Source: Mizuhopecten yessoensis (taxonomy: Eukaryota). Taken from it: DNA of 64,000 nucleotides. The DNA is taken from NCBI RefSeq assembly GCF_002113885.1, contig NW_018408812.1, positions 139,372 to 203,371 of the forward strand, in the 5' to 3' direction. Position 1 is the first letter of the stretch. Each line of letters opens with the position of its first letter. Positions 39,601-49,800 of this stretch are shown here, in pieces. A program made the position numbers and the translations under genes. The notes beneath the pieces were generated by a model. The model searched no databases and was not told the origin of the DNA. It worked only from the letters and a program-made list of their open reading frames with translations.

Positions 39601-40914
39601 GCTATATCAAATGTTGCATATTATTATTATTATTATCAAGGCGGTTTTCAAATGTAGTTATAGATGAGGCTTGAACCAAGCACCGAGGTAGGGAATTCTA
39701 GTTACCAGTAATCCGTTAAGTAAATAAATGTGTTTTTCTCCAGTCTGCTTCTTAATTTCCTACCTGAGTGAATTTTCTCGAGTGACTTTATTTTGTTGTA
39801 TCGACTAGAGTCTCTGTTATGCTGTCGTATCACACTTGTCGTAAGAACTGGAACACTTATGTCCCCCTAAAACGTCTATAGACTAATGATTTAAGTTTGA
39901 ACGAGGTAATCTTTTCCAAATTTTTCATTCTTGGTTGTAATTTAGTAGGTCTCTTGTGAATGCGTTTTAGCAGATCGATATTCTGCTGTTTGTATAGGTG
40001 CCATACACTCGCCCCATACACTAGCTAGGTGAAGTTAAAATTCAGTTTTATAGTAGTCAAAATTATATATTATCCAAATTTGTATTTCATTTACTGATGG
40101 CTTCTACTGTAGTATTCAAATAATACCAATTATTTAAAAGATACTTTATTTTTTAAACCGATCTTTTGCATATTCATGAATGAGATGCTTTATGTTTTGA
40201 CCTGATACATATATCTGTATAGATCACATTGCAACCAATACGAGAGAAACAAGTGTTTTGATTGTATCCGTTATACTATACCTTATGTCTTGGGTGAACA
40301 CTAATGTATGGAAAGTGCTTGATTTTGTAGACATGATGACGAGGGTTTTGTGTAGTATAACGAAATACTGACCATTAATGTGTTTTGAGTGTTAACTGTG
40401 GCTTTCTGCTTGTTTTTATGTCTCCTTGGTCGTGTCCTGTTATCTAATAATTATGATACCTGTTTGTGTTGTAAATGTTATGTAATGCCTATTCGAAACA
40501 GGCTTTCTGCCTGTTTTGATGTCTCCTCTTTGATGGCTTCTACTGTAGTTGTATGATATTTCTAAAACTAATATTTTTGTCGACAATTGTTAGAATTGAT
40601 CTGATGCAGCAGATGAGCAATATATCACAATTACATAATTACAGATACCATCATGTGAAATATGTATTGTTTGCATTTTCGTCGCGATGAAATAATTTTT
40701 CTATTTGAGTAGAGGTATGGCTTGTGAAAATCCAGTTTCAAGCTCACAGGGCTAATCTGCTTCGTTAAATCTTGAATGCGACTGTCTTTTTTTTCTATTG
40801 GAAGGCGTTTTACTACCCTCCATCTGCCGGGTTCTCGCTCGGGACGGATGCTGATCCCGACTTTCTCGTCATGCAGACGCATTACGACAATCCCTTGGGC
40901 AGATCAGGTAAGTA

Positions 40915-40960
<46 letters not shown>

Positions 40961-40961
40961 T

Positions 40962-40998
<37 letters not shown>

Positions 40999-43769
40999 AA
41001 ATGTTTTAAGGTGGACAATGACAGTTTCATATGAAAAGCGTTCTAGAATTCTTGATTGATTTTCCGTTTGAAAAAAATGAATAATTATGTATAGTTAACT
41101 GTTTTGTAAAAAAGACTGATGAAACTCTCTTTAAATTCGCTGATACTCCCCTCAGTTTCACTAATGCTTCACTAGTGACGGTTGAACGAGCATCATTTTG
41201 GATATATTTATATTGTAAAATTTGAATATAATATGTAGAACCTTCCTCAAATTTGTGCGACAAGATGAATTTTTCGTGTACTACAATATACATTTAGACC
41301 AAGGCTTTCCATAATAACAAAGTTCATTCGTAAGACACATTCGTTATAACACTTATACATTTCAGAGTCTAATAAAATAATGATAATAAAATATTTATAA
41401 TTATGAAATACATTTCTAGATTTTACATGTAAACATGACAACAACTTGGAAATAACAGTGTTACAATTTGAATTACGTCCTGTTGCAAACCAATACTATT
41501 TACTCATACCAAATTGTATGTATACTTGACAAAATACAGGTAAGTCATAATTTTGTTATGTATATACTTATGTCATTGGAGCTCAAAGAACCCTCCTATA
41601 ACACGTGTGTTTGAATCCGTTCCATAGATATCGTTGACAGTTCCGGTTTCCGCATCACCATCACACCCACACTCCGACCACACGATGCCGCGCTCCTAAT
41701 GATAGGAATGAGTGTGGTTCCGATGCATATGATTCCCCCTCTGGAACTAGACTTCGTTTCCCAAGGATATTGTCCTCCGGAACTTCTCAGGAATGTACGT
41801 AACTAAAATTCACTAAGCTTAATTGAAAATTTGTTTTGTATTTCATTAAATTTCTGGATTCAAAGGAAGTCTTTTAAAGTTAAATATTCAAAAACCACAT
41901 TATCCTAAAAAAAAATGCCAGTTATTGCAATGCGATTTTTTGTCATTTTATCATAGTTATACATTACGTGTTTTGTACATGAAACACAAAATATTTTAAT
42001 TTCAAGGAATTATAATGAAAGGTGTTAAAATTGATCTTTGTATCTTTCATAACAAAGCTTATCACTTGAAAAATTCCTTATTGAGTAATCCGATGATGAG
42101 AGTCTTCTTCTCCGACTGAATTATATATACACCCGAGGTTCGGCGTTGAATGCCAAGATCTAAAGCGTAATTTACAGAACAATGTCTAATGTTTTGTATT
42201 CCCGAAAACTCGTGAAAATTGATCAAAGGTCGAAGGGAAAACGCCTCAATATCCTATAACTATAATAGTTGCTGCCTGTGCAATATGGGGAATGGTCAGA
42301 AGGATGAAAATTATATCGTCACTATATCGGAAACATAATAGTTATATATTCACCTTATCATTATTGTGGCGTCAATTTCACTGATACAGTGTTATGTTTG
42401 ATATAACAATCTCCTATCGTTGCGAGAAGTATTTTCTGACACTTAAGCTACAGATCGAATGTCCTCACAAGAGAAATAAAATTGACAAAATTCATTGTTT
42501 CCTTCAAGTGATCCAATTACCACTTCCAAAAACTGTAACTAAGTATTAAAAACAGGTTTTTTTCTGGCATTACTATAAAACCATGATAAATCATTTCTAA
42601 AAATAAACTATACCCTGTGGGAATTTTAAGAAAAAGAAATATGATCACAAGGGTGTATTAAGTGAAAAAGTGCGAGGTTAGACCGGGGTTCGAACCCTGG
42701 ACTTTAGATTGTAATATAGACTATTGATGTAACCGATTGGGTCAACGGCAGTGTACTAGCCCGAATGTATTACAGTTATTTCCAAACGGAGGTTAAATTG
42801 AGGTTACTGTTTGTAGGAAAAACTACAGTGTAGTGGGACAAAGATAATTAAATATCATTAATGTTTGACTCTTTAATTAAATTTTCTGATATTTCGTTGC
42901 ACTTCTACTATGAGATTTATATATCATTATCATAAAAATAAAACAGGTGATTCTTAGGTATCCTATGTGAATCTAACTATCGATACATAAACCGAACATT
43001 AACATGAAAGATATGAAACGCGGTAAGATTTAATGTTAATTTGTCTTGAATGTACATTAGTACGTTTAGACTATTTGTTAAAAAAAAGAAAACCCGAAAT
43101 TCTTCACATTTCAAAATGTTATTACATGTGTTTTTCTACTCTAAAAACATTTTATTTCCTTCTTCGCAGTTTTTTAACAAATAGTATAGTATGTTGTTTA
43201 TCTTTGTCTCCTATACCTTTATTATACCTGTAATTTTAAAACCGACTCAGTTACGTTGTGTAGGGTTTTATTTAATTTGGACTCCTCCTAACTGGAAGAG
43301 GTCTGTGTATTGCTGTCTGCCATTGTTATTACCCGACGATCGACACTTCTGTTTTCTGATTGGTCAACATATCATTTGTCACGGAATGTCTCCTATCTTT
43401 ACTTTAATTGAAGTTGTCGGCTTGTATTGTTGACGTCTTGCACAGGTGTCCGGGGTTGCAAGTCAACATCTTATTCTGTAAAACTCTGAGCATGGTATCG
43501 GCCAATCGCTGCAAAGAAAAAGTTAACATCATTTATTTTTTTTTAATTTTATTTTTTTATTTTCAAAGGTTTTCAGAACATGTACATTATACAGAACATC
43601 ACATCAACACATATCCACACATTCACACATATCTACTATTGAAATTATCAGCAACCTCAACCTCCTCATCATCCTCATCATCTGATGCTGATTTTATACA
43701 ATCACCAAGACATATTCAATTTTCACACACTTTCACACATAGAATAGACAAAACAAATGGACAAAGAGC

Positions 43770-43806
<37 letters not shown>

Positions 43807-46800
43807 AGACTGCCAAATCTGAGAAGATACTAAATAAAATAAATAACTGCTGTGAGTATTTGTCAATATTTTGTTTTTTTTAAGTAGAATAACAACTAAT
43901 AACTTAATATAAATAGTCATAATATTCAGGGTTAGTTGAGGTCAAGCTCTACTAATTTTAACCATTTTTCCCATTCAGAAGTAAATCTTCTAAGGCCTTG
44001 TTCCCCTTTACCACGAGCAATATATTTCTGAACCTTATAGTAATCTTTAATCGAATTGACTAAAGCCGTCACATTAAGTGACTTATGAAAACATCTGGTT
44101 TTGTATATATATTGTTTAATGAACAGAGTAATTTCATTATCAATTCTGGTATAAATTCCAGTTTGGTTGATAAAACCAAAGATCATTGATTCTTTATTTA
44201 GTGAGAAAGGAATAGTGAGAGCACTTAAAAGACTTTCAAAATTGCTCAGAAATTTTTGTACTTCCCTGCATTCCCATAAAACGTGGGTAATTGTCTCCCT
44301 TTCTATGATACAAAAAACACAGTGTGGGTTATTTACAAGTCCAATTTTGCATAAATAAGAATTGGTTGTTAAAATATAATGATTAATTCTAAATTGCAAC
44401 CATTGCAATTTTGTATTTTTTGTAACCCTGAAAGGAATAGCATATATTTTCCCCCAAGTTTCCTGATTATAGTCGAATATAGTTCCCCATTTTGTTTGAG
44501 CAGTTATTGATGCATTATTTCTGATAAGTATATTATAGAAGTCTTGAGAACCTTTTTTCTTCTTTAAAATTATTACAAGATGTAACGGTATAATTGGGTA
44601 TATCACATTTTTGTTTGGCAAATTAAGTTGTTTCAGATAATTCTTTATGCTTGTTATCAAGCCATGATATTCTAGATAATTAGTTATTGTACCATGTAGA
44701 TCACAAAATTCCTTAAAAGACAAGAAAGAGTAGTCTGTGTTGTTTTTCAACAAATCATTAATTATCATAATCCCGTTTTTAAACCACTTACTATAAAAAA
44801 CAACTTTATTACCAACAGAAATATTTTTGTTATACCATAAGGGTGTCTTAAGTAGGGCAAAATTCTCATTTTTAAACAGCTCCTCTTTTGCTCTTAATTT
44901 ATACCATGCCCTAAACACATCTTTCCAAAACACATTTTTGCAATTTCCTTGAACTTTATTAAGGTACTCGTTTCCTGAGTTAGCCAAGATATGAGGATTT
45001 ACACAAGATTTTAAAATGCTTACCCATTTACCTTCTGATCTAAAAAACCTTCTTATCCAACTTATTTTCAGAGCTTCAATAAAAGACATTAAATTAACCA
45101 TTTTTAGCCCACCTTCTTGATAATTTTGGATTATTATGTCCCGTTTAATCTTATCAGTTTTGCTATTCCATAAAAAATTGAAAAGAACAGAATTGAGCTG
45201 TTTTATAAATTTTTCAGATGGATTAGGTAAGGAAATGAACAGATGATTCATCTGAGAAATTAATAAAGATTTAATGACATTAATTCTACCAATAGGTGTG
45301 AGCAACCTTCTACTCCAGCTCTTAATAAGAGCTTTAAGTTTAACTAATTTTTTATCAAAGTTCATTTTAGGTATTTTGCAAAGATCTACATGGAAATCTA
45401 TCCCAAGAAGAGTAAATTTATTAACTCCCCATCTAAGATTCATATTTGGAAGGAGAACATCATTGCTGTATTTTTTACTGCCTATCCAGACAACTTCAGT
45501 TTTACCTACATTTACTTTAAGACCAGATATTTTTGCATAAATATTTAGTTCATCAACCGCCCCTTTCAGTGATTTTTCAGAACCATCTAATACCAGAGAA
45601 GTGTCATCTGCATACTGAGAGTTTAAGATGGGACAGTTATTAACCTTTATACCAGTTATACTCTTATTGTTTCTAAGGCGGATTGCTAAAACTTCTGCAC
45701 ATAGTATAAAAATATATGGAGCGATGGGATCTCCTTGACGACATCCACGATTTATTTTGAAAAAAGCTGATAAATTACCCCCCTGGTTTATAGCAGAGCT
45801 TGAATTACAGTGTAAAATTTTGACCCAATTTCTGATATCGTTTCCAAATCCAAAATATCTAAGTACTTCGTCTATGAATTTCCAAGAGACAGAATCGAAA
45901 GCCTTTTCAAAATCAACCATTAATAACATTCCAGGGATATCATTTTCCTCTGTATATTGCATAATGTCATAAACCAGGCGAGTATTTTCTCCTACATAGC
46001 GTCCCGATATAAATCCTGATTGATCAGAGTTTATAATTTTTTGTAAAACTAATTTGAATCTACTTGTTATTGATCCAGAAGCAATTTTGTATACAATGTT
46101 TAATAGAGAAATAGGTCTCCAATTCTTTATAAAATACTTTGATTTATTAGCCTTAGGTATACAAGTAATTATTCCCTGACGTTGTGTAATAGATAGCTGA
46201 CCATTTGAAAAACCATAATTTAATGCCCTAACCACAAAATTACCTAACTGATTCCAAAAACATTTATAAAATTCTGATGTGAATCCATCTGAGCCTGGGC
46301 TCTTATTACTTTTCATATTCTTTAGTGTTATAGATGCTTCTTTAAGTGTAATAATACCTTCCAAACTGACCGCTTCTTCAACATTTAATCTTGGAACATC
46401 AAAATCTTCTAAAAATTCATCCAAATCTATGTCATCGACTTCATTATCAATAGAATACAATTGTTCATAAAAAAATTTCACCTCATTTAATATATCTACT
46501 TGTTTAGTTAGAAATTCCCCATTTTCCTGTTGTAACTTTGGAATGATTTTTGATGTAAAATGTCTATTTTCTAAATTAAAAAAATAATTGGTAGGTTTTT
46601 CACCCTCATCAATCCATAAGGCTTTTGCACGTATTATACTCCCTTTTATCCTATGTACTCTAATCTTTTCCAATTCCTTTTTTTTCTCAAGTAACTTGTC
46701 TAAGTCTACATTATTCTCATTTTCCAGTTCCTGTATTTGATCTATTAAGGTCTTTTCCCTTGCCCAACACTGTTTCTTTTTATAGGAAGAATATGAAATT

Positions 46801-49800
46801 GACTTACCTCTAATTTCCATTAATAGTGTTTCTAAAAATAACTGATCATTTATAACAAACTGTAAATCTGAATCAGGTATATCATCTATATTTTCAGGAT
46901 TATATATAGGAAGGCAATACTGTAATTTAACTGTTTTAATAGTATCATTAATTATATTAAGATATTCCAGGTCATATAATAAGGAACTATTTAACTTCCA
47001 TAGACCTTTACCTTTTTTAAATTCGTTAAATTTTAACATAATTTTGGGGAAAGAATGGTCTGATCTGTAACCTGGATCTATACTTGTCTCACATACACTT
47101 TGTAATAAGTTCCCAGAAACCAAAAAGAAATCTAACCTAGCCTGCTTGATAGGTTTACTCCTGCGCCATGTATATCTGGAAATGTCAGCATGCTGTTCTC
47201 TAAAAACATCCACTAAATCAAAGTTATTTATTATTTCTAATATCCTTTCACGAGCCTTTGGATTATTAACATTTTTGTAGCTTTTATCACAATCTAAATC
47301 AGGATTAAGAACTAAATTAAAATCCCCACAAATAACACAGCTATCATTTTTAAACTCATAGAGAGTTTCTTCTATTTTATCATAAAAAGTTGGGTTGTCA
47401 GAGTTTGGACCATACAATGTAATTAAAGTTATTTTCTTACCTTCAATTTCTAGATCCAATGCCAAAAAATTCCCTGTCAAGTCTTTTTTTTCCTTTATCA
47501 CCTTGACTTCAAAATTGTTATTGATAAGTATTGCTACCCCCCTTGCATTAGATTTAAAAGAATTAAAATAGCAGTTATAGCCCCATTCACTCAGTAATAT
47601 TTCTTCCTGTTCATCGGTAAAGTGAGTATCTTGCAGACAGTAGATATTGTATTGCCTATCTCTTAAATAAGTAAAAACATCCTTGCGCTTAACCTTGTCA
47701 CCAAGGCCCTGGCAATTGGCAGATAATATCTTAATTCCCTCCACAACTGTTTAAGAAATTACAATGCATACAAAAATGTATGGAGTTACATCATTATAAA
47801 ACTTGTGATAATATATCTCATACAATACAAGTGATAAATATAACGCTTTATTCCTCATTTTCATTACAGGCCTTACCACAAGAGGGCATTAACGCATTTG
47901 CGGTTCTACAGCACTCCCATCTACTGGGCAAAGAAATGATGACACGTATTTACCGGAATGGAAGCGAAATCGAACCACTGGCTGTAGACAGACATTATGA
48001 TTTTGATTATCAAGACATGCGCTACCTGTCGANTTAAAATGTTAGGAATCACTCTAGTATAATCAATGATTCCGCCCCTGAAAACCTACAACGTCACATT
48101 TTCCCTAAATTAGAGCTCACACTTATCGCCAATACTAAGCTTGTTAAACGTGAGAAGTTTCCCTTGACTTATTTTGGGAGAAGGGATATAGTAAATGATT
48201 CAATAGTCTATATATGTTTATAATGAGTATATAACATGTGGGATCCCATTTGGTCTTCTCCCTCTAACTTTTCATGAATTAGACGTCACACTGTTATCAC
48301 AATAATGTGTTACCGTGGAATGACTTGGTGTATTTGGTATATTTTGTAAGTTTATTACACTGTTGTGTGGACCCATTGAAGTAGTCATTTAATGGTCACC
48401 TGATCAGTTGATCTGTGAATACTCTCATCATGTGACCATAGTAGTTGAGGAAACGCCAAATACGAACCTCTCGAACGAACAACTTAATATAATAAACCTA
48501 TTGTTATAACAACTGTAATACAGGAATTATCGTTATAGATTCTACTTTGTAAAATACTCTGATGGGTAAAACATTGCATAAAAGGTATTTATTTAGTTTT
48601 ATTTATCAAGGGGTGAAAACATTACTCCATAGTATAAAACCTCAGATTTTCTTTTGATTTTTTTTTCAGGATGACAAAATCGAGGTGAAATGTGTTTACG
48701 ATTCAAGCAACAAACAAACTATTACAAAGGTAAGTAACAATGCAGTCTTTGTTATGTTTTAGTCCCCAAAGTTTGATGGTCAGAGTTATCTCTCTTACGT
48801 AGTGGCACGGTTCATAATACACACATTTAACAGATAAGTTCATTTGCAATTTACCAGTCCTCCTGTAAATGTTTAAATTCATAAATTAAGGGTTTGTTAC
48901 GCACCTGCTCTCTGATTCTATAGTAGCTTAGACAATTTGGATATCCTACTTTTTGTACCCTAGCATAATCGATGAGTCCTCATACAATTATGTAAGACGA
49001 ACCAGCTGTATGTTGTTGCAGTTTTATCCATTTACTGTATCTATCTTTAACTCATTGGCCCCTGAAGACACATTTGAACTCTTCCAGTTCAAAGGGTTCG
49101 AATAGTTCATTATGAAAATTCAGGGGTGTATGAGTGTTACGTTCATCGGTTAAGGAGGACGTTGTGATTGCTATGGAAGTGTGAGTCGGGTAGAGTCTAA
49201 GATATAGATTAGTTATATCAGGTATTTTCATAAGAGGTATTGTTTCATAATTACACTCAATAATGATATGCAACAAGGTTGGCGATATGCTATGAGTGTT
49301 TTGAAGTACATGTTAATTTAACTCTATTTACAAATTCTCTACATAAGTATCAAAGTGAGATTTGTTTCTCGAAGAAAGAAAACCGGAACATCAATAAAGA
49401 ATAATCATGATTAAAATTTTGTAAAATATAAAATATGCATACACGTGAAAATAATATGTGCATGTACTTATTTATTGTGAGACCGTACACATATACGTGT
49501 GCGCTACTAGCGCTTGAGAATGTGTTCTTCTGCACAATGAATTTCTGCCTGATGTTGGATTATACAAATGTATTGGAAACGTGAGTTTGTATAAAAAAAA
49601 AAGTATCAGTGTAATTTGTTATATCCTTAAATGATTATAGCAAATATGTTTTTGCAAAGTTATCTTCGTGATAATGATAAAGACCGGTTTAAATTGTATG
49701 CACTGTACATGGTGTAAAGGTTGCCAAGCTAGAGGTAACTTCCCTTTAACTCAGCGATAGAACGCTCGACAAACGTTTTGGTCACGGGTTCGATCCATAG

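Noticed and set aside
44167-46470. Plus-strand ORFs inside the LINE
   Set aside because: Short antisense shadows of ORF2 with no domain signal
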